Assembly: GCA_016180965.1 (NCBI GenBank)
Contig: JACPAF010000002.1
Coordinates: 1,278-65,277 of the forward strand
DNA length: 64,000 bases
Reading direction: 5' to 3'
From: Candidatus Aenigmatarchaeota archaeon
GTDB taxonomy: Archaea > Aenigmatarchaeota > Aenigmatarchaeia > JACPZZ01
This document shows positions 18,094-24,858 of this stretch, in pieces. How positions within the stretch are numbered: position 1 is the first letter of the stretch; every line of letters starts with the position of its first letter. The notes under the pieces were generated by a model that worked only from the letters and a program-made list of their open reading frames with translations, searched no databases and was not told the origin of the DNA. A program made the translations under genes and the position numbers.

Positions 18094-18726
18094 TTAAACC
18101 GTTGTTTTTTTCACGTTTTCTATTATTGATCTCTTTACATCCTCTATCTCCGGCAGGTTCTTATTTTTTTCGGACGGCCCTATTTTGCCGTAAGTTATGA
18201 AGTTCCTTTTTTCAGGTTCGCCGGTGTTAACTAAAACAAGCTTCGACCCGGTCTTTGAAGATATTTCGAACATCTCGTCGTAAGTTTTCCTGTCTTTTTT
18301 GCTTTTTGGCGGCAATCCAATTTTCATATATCTGGACATTATCGACATGTCTTCGATGATTTTTTTCGTGTGTTTTGGGTTGGCCAGCGAGTCCGGGTAA
18401 TATGAAATAATTGTTTTTATCCCGTTTGAGCGGGCGTATGAAAATGTTTCCTCTATGAAGTTTTTTGGAAACGCCAGGTCGATGTCCACGAATTCCGTTT
18501 TGAATTTCAACGCCCTTTTAACAGCAACTATGGTCTCCTGGTCTTTTGTAAAATTACACGAAATTATTACGGGAACCGGGAAATTTTCTATGCGTTCCAG
18601 GTTTGAATAGTCGTTGAATGAGTTGAAGTTTATTTCCACCAAATCCGAGCCTTTTTGTTTCGCTTCGGCCGCTTTGGAGGCCAGTTCTTTCATGTTGCCG
18701 CCTTCCAAAATTACGCAGGATCTCAT
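18094..18726 (-). CDS. type I 3-dehydroquinase-like (AroD-fold) protein, function uncertain
   Basis: Pattern GSDLVEINF...PVIISC...EFVDIDL...IISYY...YMKIG resembles DHquinase_I. The conserved His of the SxHDF motif is replaced (SYYPD). No other shikimate genes are nearby. Confidence 0.35.
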   Translation of the reverse strand: MRSCVILEGGNMKELASKAAEAKQKGSDLVEINFNSFNDYSNLERIENFPVPVIISCNFTKDQETIVAVKRALKFKTEFVDIDLAFPKNFIEETFSYARSNGIKTIISYYPDSLANPKHTKKIIEDMSIMSRYMKIGLPPKSKKDRKTYDEMFEISSKTGSKLVLVNTGEPEKRNFITYGKIGPSEKNKNLPEIEDVKRSIIENVKKTTV

Positions 18727-18787
18727 ACTTTTAGATCAAAATGAAAGGATTAAAAGATTTATTGGGGCCAGCACAATCAATATTATC

Positions 18788-19570
18788 ATGAGCAGGGTCA
18801 TAGGCGTGTTTTCGGGAAAAGGCGGGGTTGGCAAAACGACTACTGCTGTGAATCTGGGCGTTGCGCTCACCAAATTGGGCAAGTCTGTAATTTTAATCGA
18901 TTCGAACGTGAATACGCCAAACGTGAGCCTTCATCTGGGCATGAATTTCACGCCCTTTACGATCCAGGATATCATGGAAAATGTGCCGTACATATCACAG
19001 GCTATGTATATACATGAGAGCGGGCTGCGTGTAATACCCGCCGATTTTTCCCTTAAGGACAGGCATGTTGACATAAGCGAATTGAAAAACCACGTGCATA
19101 AGCTGGCGGGCGACGCGGATTACATCATCATGGACTGTGCGCCCGGGCTAGGTACGGACGCACGGGCTGCGATAGAAGCTTGCAGTGAATACCTTATTGT
19201 AACAAACCCTGAACTGCCTGCGGTTGCGGATGCGTACAAGGCTTACAAGGCGATAAAAATTATCAACGGGAAGGTTTTGGGACTGGTCGTGAACAAGGTA
19301 AATAACGACAATTATGAGCTCCAAAGCGGTGAAATTGAGGATTTTTTCAATGAAAAGATAATTGGAATTGTGCCTGAAGACAGGAATGTGCGCGCTTCAA
19401 TACAAAACCGTATGCCGGTTGTAATGCATAAACCAAATTCCAAAGCTGCGAAAGCGTACCGGAAATTGGCGATGCATATCGAAGGCGCCAAAGAAAAAAC
19501 TTTCTCGGATATTTTGCTTGATTTCCTGAGCTTCGACAGGAAAAAAATGAATAAAGGAACAGCTTTGTAA
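18788..19570 (+). CDS. minD: MinD/ParA-family P-loop ATPase
   Basis: Deviant Walker A GKGGVGKTTTAVNLG, plus DCAPGLG. ATG at 18788; the upstream part of the track ORF overlaps the antisense gene. Confidence 0.8.
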   Translation: MSRVIGVFSGKGGVGKTTTAVNLGVALTKLGKSVILIDSNVNTPNVSLHLGMNFTPFTIQDIMENVPYISQAMYIHESGLRVIPADFSLKDRHVDISELKNHVHKLAGDADYIIMDCAPGLGTDARAAIEACSEYLIVTNPELPAVADAYKAYKAIKIINGKVLGLVVNKVNNDNYELQSGEIEDFFNEKIIGIVPEDRNVRASIQNRMPVVMHKPNSKAAKAYRKLAMHIEGAKEKTFSDILLDFLSFDRKKMNKGTAL

Positions 19571-19606
19571 CAAGACTTTTAAGCGGTGTGGGACAATTAA
19601 GTTGGT

Positions 19607-20284
19607 ATGATTTCTGTTTCTGACCTCTCTTACCTTGGACTTTGCCAGATAGCGTTCCTTTTCAACAAAAAAGCCAAGATCGTCACGAAAGCGATGATGC
19701 AAGGAGCCAAAAGGCACAATGAATTACAAAAACAGGCCGAAGTCTTTACAGACGATGAAATAATAACAAAAATAATCAAAGGCGAGAAATTTGTTGCAAG
19801 AGAAATAAGAGTCGCCGATTACGAGAACGGGCTGCGCGGGCGGATTGATGAGCTTCAGTTCTTAGGCCACAATCAAGGCATGAAAAATGAGGTTTTGATA
19901 AAAGATGACAAGTTTTCTTATTCCAATTTCCTCGGAATGAACGATACGCATCGAATACAGTTGTCGTCGTACGCTTTCATGATGCCCAAGGATGCTAAAT
20001 TTAAAAACCTTGTGGATGTTATCGGGGCGTCAATAAATTTCAGGAGATTCAACACGCCCGACAGCTTGGAGTTTAAAGTTTCCGGGGCGCAGCTTTCGTC
20101 GTGGGTTACCCAAGTTCCGGAACTAACACAATTGGCCGAAAACATACTTTCCAATGAGATAATCCCTAAACCACAGGGTTTCGCATTAATAGATTCCGAA
20201 TGGCTGCCTGTTTCCAAACGGACTTGCATATCATGCAAATACAACAAAGTCTGCAAAGTCGGGCGGAAAATACTTTCAGAATAA
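19607..20284 (+). CDS. Cas4-like PD-(D/E)XK nuclease with Fe-S cysteine cluster (stand-alone)
   Basis: N-terminal Cys (GLCQ), G..RHNELQ, GRIDEL, IKDDK (D-x-K), QLSSYAF (QxxxY) and C-terminal CISCKYNKVC (C-x2-C-x5-C). No other cas genes or CRISPR array in the window. Confidence 0.55.
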   Translation: MISVSDLSYLGLCQIAFLFNKKAKIVTKAMMQGAKRHNELQKQAEVFTDDEIITKIIKGEKFVAREIRVADYENGLRGRIDELQFLGHNQGMKNEVLIKDDKFSYSNFLGMNDTHRIQLSSYAFMMPKDAKFKNLVDVIGASINFRRFNTPDSLEFKVSGAQLSSWVTQVPELTQLAENILSNEIIPKPQGFALIDSEWLPVSKRTCISCKYNKVCKVGRKILSE

Positions 20285-20310
20285 AATTCGAACCGGGTTT
20301 TGCGGTGACA

Positions 20311-20338
20311 ACTAGGCTCATACAATGTATGAGCCAGT
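20311..20338 (+). repeat. bulged-base hairpin family member H1
   Basis: ACT-A-GGCTCATAC AAT GTATGAGCC-AGT: 9-bp stem, 3-nt loop, 3-bp basal extension and a bulged A. Confidence 0.8.
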
Positions 20339-20358
20339 CGGTTCGGCTGGCCGCCGTA

Positions 20359-20386
20359 GCTAGACATACACATTGTGTATGTCAGT
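20359..20386 (+). repeat. bulged-base hairpin family member H2
   Basis: GCT-A-GACATACAC ATT GTGTATGTC-AGT: same architecture as H1. Confidence 0.8.
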
Positions 20387-20533
20387 TTCCTCTGCGTCAG
20401 TCGACTATGGAAAAGATCCGAAAAACCCGGCTTTCTCGATTGCCCATTGTTTTCGGTCATTCGCTTTTCGGGCAGAAATTGCGAAATCATCCCAGATCAA
20501 GCAGGCATCGAACTAAAAACAGATGGGTTGTGA

Positions 20534-20572
20534 ACTGAAGCATACCGATACAGCATACGGTATGCTTCTAAT
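20534..20572 (-). repeat. bulged-base hairpin family member H3 (inverted orientation)
   Basis: The minus strand reads ATT-A-GAAGCATACCG (10-nt loop) CGGTATGCTTC-AGT. The basal T-G wobble pairs only on the minus strand. Confidence 0.7.
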
Positions 20573-20731
20573 TGCCACGTACCTGTTTCAGGCAACTTGT
20601 TCCAGATATTATACGATAAACAAAACCTGATGTTCATGATGTGACTCGTTGTTTTTTGCGCCATAACTTTCAAAATATTCTTTGTTTTGCGTCCAAATAA
20701 AAGGGCCAGATAAGTTTTTTCAACTATCGGA

Positions 20732-20769
20732 ACTAGAAACAGATGCATACGCAAAGCATCTGTTTCAGT
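20732..20769 (+). repeat. bulged-base hairpin family member H4
   Basis: ACT-A-GAAACAGATGC (9-nt loop ATACGCAAA) GCATCTGTTTC-AGT. Confidence 0.75.
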
Positions 20770-20803
20770 CAGCTTTTTGTGCTTTGCGTTACATTAAATT
20801 AGC

Positions 20804-21877
20804 ATGGATTTATTCGGCAAACAGAAAAAAAGGAAACTTTTATTGTGCACGGCTGCTTTGTTAGTAGTTTTCGCGTCTTATGCTATATATTCCCAGTTGT
20901 ATCCGCCTGTTAGAACTATTGGCAATGTGAAAAGCTTGGTTAACATCAGCGATTTCGACACGCCGCTGCCTGAAGGCGCGATACCGGAGATAATTAATCC
21001 CAAATTCGTTTCCGCTAATGTCACTTATCCCGAGGATAAGGATTTGGTAGTCGGGATAGTTTACAATGGTCTGATAAAGGCTTATCCTATTAAGATATTG
21101 AATTGGCATGAAGTTATCAATGACAATTTCTCTGGCAAGCCTGTAGCTGTCACTTATTGCGTTTTATGCCGTACACCCATTGCTTATGAGAGCAAAGTTT
21201 CCGGCAAAATTGCTACGTTCAAAGTCACAGGCATATTATACAATTCAAACGATGTTTTAGTTGACAGCGTTACCCGGTCTTACTGGTCACAATTAACAGG
21301 CGAGGCCATAATGGGCGACATTGTTGGCAAGAACTTAACCAGAATACCTGTTGAAACTACGACTTGGTCGTTGTGGAAGTCCAAATATCCAGACACACTA
21401 GTCATGTCTTCAGACACGGGTTTTGACCGTGATTACGGGACTGACCCCTACGGCGGTTATGAAGAAAGCGAGAAAGTCTGGTATAGAGTTAAGAATGAAG
21501 ACAAGAGGCTTTTCGTGAAGGATATAATTTACGGCGTAACTTTTGCCGGCGAGGCAAAAGCCTATTTGAAAAGCAACGTGACATCAATTGGGGTTGTAAA
21601 TGACCAGGTTGGCAAACAAAAATTGGTTGTAATATACGACAAGGAGTTGGATGTTATTAAAATTTTCGACCGTAATTTAAAGGGAAGGGAATTAAACTTT
21701 GAAATCGCCGGAGATAAAATCGTTGACAAAGAAACCAACAGCGTCTGGAATTACGATGGCGTTGCGATCGAGGGTTCGATGAAAGGCGAACAATTAAAGC
21801 GCATTGATGCGACATATGGCTTCTGGTATGTGTGGGCTGCGTTTTATCCTAAGACCGGGTTATATTTAGTTTATTAA
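20804..21877 (+). CDS. DUF3179-family protein with N-terminal membrane anchor
   Basis: TM helix LLLCTAALLVVFASYAIY. The blocks PVAVTYCVLCRT, VTGILYNSNDVLVD and YWSQLTG are typical of DUF3179. Confidence 0.6.
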   Translation: MDLFGKQKKRKLLLCTAALLVVFASYAIYSQLYPPVRTIGNVKSLVNISDFDTPLPEGAIPEIINPKFVSANVTYPEDKDLVVGIVYNGLIKAYPIKILNWHEVINDNFSGKPVAVTYCVLCRTPIAYESKVSGKIATFKVTGILYNSNDVLVDSVTRSYWSQLTGEAIMGDIVGKNLTRIPVETTTWSLWKSKYPDTLVMSSDTGFDRDYGTDPYGGYEESEKVWYRVKNEDKRLFVKDIIYGVTFAGEAKAYLKSNVTSIGVVNDQVGKQKLVVIYDKELDVIKIFDRNLKGRELNFEIAGDKIVDKETNSVWNYDGVAIEGSMKGEQLKRIDATYGFWYVWAAFYPKTGLYLVY

Positions 21878-21908
21878 ACTTTTTTTTATCATCTTCTTCA
21901 GAAAAGGA

Positions 21909-21924
21909 GAAAGTTTTATAAAAT
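21909..21924 (+). promoter_or_regulatory. archaeal BRE/TATA promoter for the downstream structured RNA
   Basis: GAAAG followed by TTTTATAAAAT, in the gap between two convergent genes and about 25-35 nt upstream of the first helix of the structured region. Confidence 0.5.
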
Positions 21925-21944
21925 TTGCCTCGTCCCTTCATCCT

Positions 21945-22125
21945 TAACGACGTCCGGGCGGCAATGAGCTTGATGGCAGGTTAATCTTGCGATTAACCTG
22001 CCTTTTCCGGATAATGGAGGTGATCGTTTAAATCACGGTTATCCAGTTTTTGGGAGGCGGAAACGCGAATAGAGGGCGAAGCCTTGTTCCCGTGCACCCT
22101 TATTGCACTAACTAGTTATTTCTTT
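21945..22125 (+). ncRNA. unclassified structured RNA (four-way-junction fold)
   Basis: A closing helix joins GCAATGAG (21961-21968) to CTTATTGC (22099-22106). Inside it are a 12-bp hairpin GGCAGGTTAATC-TTGC-GATTAACCTGCC (21975-22002) and a two-tier hairpin GGATAA..GTGAT-CGTTTAA-ATCAC..TTATCC (22009-22044). There is also a branched arm GGGA...GCG-GAAA-CGC...TCCC (22052-22091). G-U pairs exist only on the plus strand. Confidence 0.45.
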
Positions 22126-22196
22126 GAACTGTATCATTACACTTTCGGGTGGATGAAATTCCGATAGCGAGAAAAGAGTTCCGATAAAGATTGTTT

Positions 22197-22976
22197 TTAA
22201 TTGGCCGGCGTTTTCTGGGATTGTTCGTAAAGAGTGTGCATCATTCCTATGGGTATCCTTGTTCGGTAGGCTATTTCCACTTCGTAAGCATGAAAAAAAT
22301 TCGTCCCGTCCGGCAACTTGGCTGGTTGATGCAATTCGGTGACAGACGGCCGGCCAAGCCTCCTGGCCTGCAGTCCCAAAGAAGGTTCGAGATCCACAGC
22401 CGTTATGGATTGGAATGTGCGCGCTATTTTTTTGGCGTCATCCGAGCTTCCGGCGACTGTATTATAACCCTTTTTTTGCGGGTCGAATCTCTTGTAGCCC
22501 ACAAGGCCGTAGATACCGATATCGATTTCCATGTGGCCGTCCTCCCTTTTCACATTACGCGGCCAGCTAAACAAATTATATGGTGTAACTATGCCTTTCA
22601 CTTCAACAGTTCCAACACCCTGGCGCATGCGATCTCTGACAAGTTTTTTCGCATACGACATTGCAGTATCAAACTGCTCTAGTGTGAGTCCTGTTTCCTG
22701 GAGGCATTCGAGCTCCTTTTCGAGCGCGGCTTCAAAATTTTGTCTTAATGCAACTTGGGCATATTCGCGTGCATCAGATAGCAGTTTCAATATGCGATGA
22801 TCCCTGGTGTTATTTCCCAGTTTCACACCAACCGATCTGGCTATTTCCCTGTCCAGATCCGTGTAATTTCTCCTGCCGGATTTTCCCGCTGCTTCGTCCC
22901 ATTCGTTGCCCAACAGTGCGCCGGCAAGTTCGGATATGGTTGTCATAGATGTCCAAAACAAGAATGATGCAAGCAA
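22197..22976 (-). CDS. hypothetical protein
   Basis: 259-aa ORF; the real start is possibly the Met at 22946 (MTTISELAG). No motif I can assign. EIDIGIYGLVGYK could be a PD-(D/E)XK-like segment, but that is speculative. Confidence 0.45.
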   Translation of the reverse strand: MLASFLFWTSMTTISELAGALLGNEWDEAAGKSGRRNYTDLDREIARSVGVKLGNNTRDHRILKLLSDAREYAQVALRQNFEAALEKELECLQETGLTLEQFDTAMSYAKKLVRDRMRQGVGTVEVKGIVTPYNLFSWPRNVKREDGHMEIDIGIYGLVGYKRFDPQKKGYNTVAGSSDDAKKIARTFQSITAVDLEPSLGLQARRLGRPSVTELHQPAKLPDGTNFFHAYEVEIAYRTRIPIGMMHTLYEQSQKTPAN

Positions 22977-23040
22977 AGTATTTAAATGCCTTTTTGGGCC
23001 GGATCATCCAACAAATTGACGTTCCGATGATCCTAGCAAT

Positions 23041-24051
23041 TTAAACCGCTAAATACTCGCGCCAGCGCACGTCGCCTTCGTGTTTTATCAAACCGAGCTT
23101 GGCGAATTTTTTCAGGTATTTGCGCACGGCGCGTTCAGTTACGGGCGAAGAGACTTTTTTCGAATATTGCTCGTATATACCGCTAGCGTTTATTTTATTT
23201 GCAGACCTTATGATTTTCAATATTTCCATTTCATCCTCGTTTAGCCTGGCTTCGACTTTGTTTTTTCTCATGAATTTTGCCTCGTTGAACGCTTTTTTTA
23301 TGTGGTCGGCGGAGATTTTCTTTTTGTTTTCATTCTCGGCCATTAACGCGGCTTTGCGAAGCATTTCAATTCCTACGCGCGCGTCGCCGTTGCACATCCT
23401 TGCTATAACTTTCGTGTCGTCGCGCGTTATCGCGTTTGGGGCAAGCGCGTATTTTGCGCGCTGGCCGATTATGTCCGCCATCTGGTCAATTGAATATGCC
23501 GGAAACTCGATGCCTTCTACTTGCAGCGAGCTTTTGATCCTGTCATCGACATTCGATAACGCGTAAGGATTGTTTGAAATGCATACTAATCCAGAGCCGC
23601 TCCTTGAAATGTCGTATAAAACTTCATTCGATTCCAGCTGGTCGACTTCGTCGAGCGCGATTATGAATTTTTTGTCCGTCTGTTTTGAAAGGTTTTCGAA
23701 TTTTCTTATCATTGAAACCATTGACTCGCGCGGGCTCACGAATATTTCCGCTTGTTGCAGTATTTCGCCCAGGACGTTGTATGAGGTTGAACGGCTCCAA
23801 CAATTGACATATATTGTTTTAACACGGTTTGCGCCTTTTTCCAATTCTGAAAGGATCCATTTAGTCATTAACGTTTTACCAGTACCCGGGGGGCCGTAGA
23901 TGAAGACGTTTCTTATGCGTTTGCCCGACGAGGCGGGTTTAACGCATTCGATTAAAACCTGCTTTTGCCCTTCTCTGTGGATAATGTCCTCCGGACTATG
24001 CGATTCAAGCAATATCGATTCATTGGCTATGACCACATTTTCGTCGAACAT
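23041..24051 (-). CDS. cdc6: Orc1/Cdc6 replication initiator
   Basis: AAA+ motifs IYGPPGTGKT (Walker A) and IIALDEVD (Walker B), sensor regions, and a C-terminal winged helix (VRKYLKKFAKLGLI). Confidence 0.9.
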   Translation of the reverse strand: MFDENVVIANESILLESHSPEDIIHREGQKQVLIECVKPASSGKRIRNVFIYGPPGTGKTLMTKWILSELEKGANRVKTIYVNCWSRSTSYNVLGEILQQAEIFVSPRESMVSMIRKFENLSKQTDKKFIIALDEVDQLESNEVLYDISRSGSGLVCISNNPYALSNVDDRIKSSLQVEGIEFPAYSIDQMADIIGQRAKYALAPNAITRDDTKVIARMCNGDARVGIEMLRKAALMAENENKKKISADHIKKAFNEAKFMRKNKVEARLNEDEMEILKIIRSANKINASGIYEQYSKKVSSPVTERAVRKYLKKFAKLGLIKHEGDVRWREYLAV

Positions 24052-24192
24052 AGAAACCTGTATAGGAATAGGCGTAGTTCCGATATAAACTTTTTACAAA
24101 GCTTTACGAGGCAGGGGACTTGCCGCAAACGGGCACGCGGTGCGTTGTTTCCTGGCCATGATGATTGCCTGTTGAATTGTTTTTAGTTTGAT

Positions 24193-24837
24193 TTATTTCT
24201 TCCTGTGGTCGTCTTCGGCTTCGCGGACTTTTTTGGCGAATTTGTGCGCTTCATCCAAACTGCCTTTTATCGAGAAATCGATGATGTTCGTAAATGCCAT
24301 GTTTTTGGCTGAATGGATTTCCAATCTTATTTCCTTTAGTATCATGTAGGCAACGAAAAATATCATTGATGTTGCGAATGTCATAACGGGTATGTTGTAC
24401 GAGCCGGAAATTATGGACACCGTAGATTCCAGCATGGGTTCAAAAAAACCCGATAAAAAACCCAGCGTAACGAGATTCAAAATAAATCCGATTATTTTAA
24501 TTACCGTTTCGGATATTGAGCGATAAGGCGCCACGACCCAGATCAGAATTAACAGTATTAATGTAATTAACCAGAGTAAATTGCTTATTTTTAGAAGCAG
24601 GGAGTACCGGTTTAATGCCAGTTTTATCGAATCTATTTTATCCAATTTTATTTCCGTTACTGTCCCGTCGGCGGTTTTTGATGCGAATCCCAGGATTTTC
24701 GTGATTAATTTGCCCAATCCGCCCATTGCGAGATTGATTATGTTCTCCTCCCCAACGACGCGTTTGTTTGTGAGAACCAGCGCGCCGTATCTGGATATGA
24801 TTTTCTCCCCTTCCAGAGAAGTTTTTTCGGCGTACAT
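24193..24837 (-). CDS. membrane protein with N-terminal PH-like (bPH) segment
   Basis: EKIISRYGALVLTNKRVV resembles bacterial PH-domain proteins. It is followed by 3-4 hydrophobic helices. Confidence 0.35.
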   Translation of the reverse strand: MYAEKTSLEGEKIISRYGALVLTNKRVVGEENIINLAMGGLGKLITKILGFASKTADGTVTEIKLDKIDSIKLALNRYSLLLKISNLLWLITLILLILIWVVAPYRSISETVIKIIGFILNLVTLGFLSGFFEPMLESTVSIISGSYNIPVMTFATSMIFFVAYMILKEIRLEIHSAKNMAFTNIIDFSIKGSLDEAHKFAKKVREAEDDHRKK

Positions 24838-24858
24838 GTTAAATCCTTTTTTACAAAA

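Larger units (their letters stand above)
20275..20495. ncRNA. candidate structured RNA with RNase P P4-like core (strand unresolved)
   Basis: A 13-position helix (12 pairs) joins CCGGGTTTTGCGG (20292-20304) to CCGAAAAACCCGG (20418-20430) and encloses two hairpins. AACCCGGCUU matches the RNase P CR-V core. On the minus strand, GAGAAAGCCGGG, UCCAUAG and UGUCACCGCAAAACCCGGUU resemble CR-I, J5/7 and the CR-IV/V region. See the findings for counter-evidence. Confidence 0.3.

Noticed and set aside
18094-18726. Calling this ORF a bona fide 3-dehydroquinate dehydratase (aroD).
   Set aside because: The fold-level pattern matches, but the catalytic His position reads SYYPD instead of SxHDF. No other shikimate-pathway genes are nearby. 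It is kept only as AroD-like with low confidence.
20346-20420. A tRNA-like 5' sequence, GCCGCCGTAGCTAGAC..., preceded by the same hairpin that precedes tRNA-Pro. This suggested a multi-intron or split tRNA.
   Set aside because: I could not find a T arm (no GTTC(G/A)A(A/T)T-type loop with complementary stems). I also found no 3' acceptor strand complementary to GCCGCCG, even allowing G-U pairs, within several hundred nt. The segment is better explained as part of the hairpin-rich structured region.
19918-20754. Minus-strand ORFs 19918-20490 (190 aa) and 20497-20754 (85 aa), and plus-strand ORF 20200-20538.
   Set aside because: They run antisense to the Cas4-like CDS or through the hairpin-rich non-coding region. 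They have no recognisable motifs and their composition looks like translated structured RNA, so they are treated as spurious.
20285-20803. The possibility that the repeated hairpins form a CRISPR array.
   Set aside because: The repeats are not identical, are not regularly spaced, and occur in both orientations. Each is a long perfect palindrome rather than a 25-40-nt direct repeat separated by unique spacers.
21945-22125. Resemblance of the structured RNA to SRP RNA (CGGAAACG tetraloop hairpin and UCCCGUGC, as in human 7SL helices 8 and 5) and to the TPP riboswitch (GGAUAAUG).
   Set aside because: The conserved AGCA/CAGG loop nucleotides of SRP helix 8 are absent, and the length is about half that of archaeal SRP RNA. 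The TPP hallmarks CUGAGA and ACCUGA are also missing, and no downstream gene exists to regulate. The RNA is left unclassified.
22141-22190. A possible C/D-box sRNA (GGATGAA ... CCGA ... CCGA).
   Set aside because: The boxes deviate from RUGAUGA and CUGA, and the spacing is wrong: only 3 nt lie between the putative C and D' boxes. The repeated TTCCGATA is better explained as copies of the TATCGGAACT motif.
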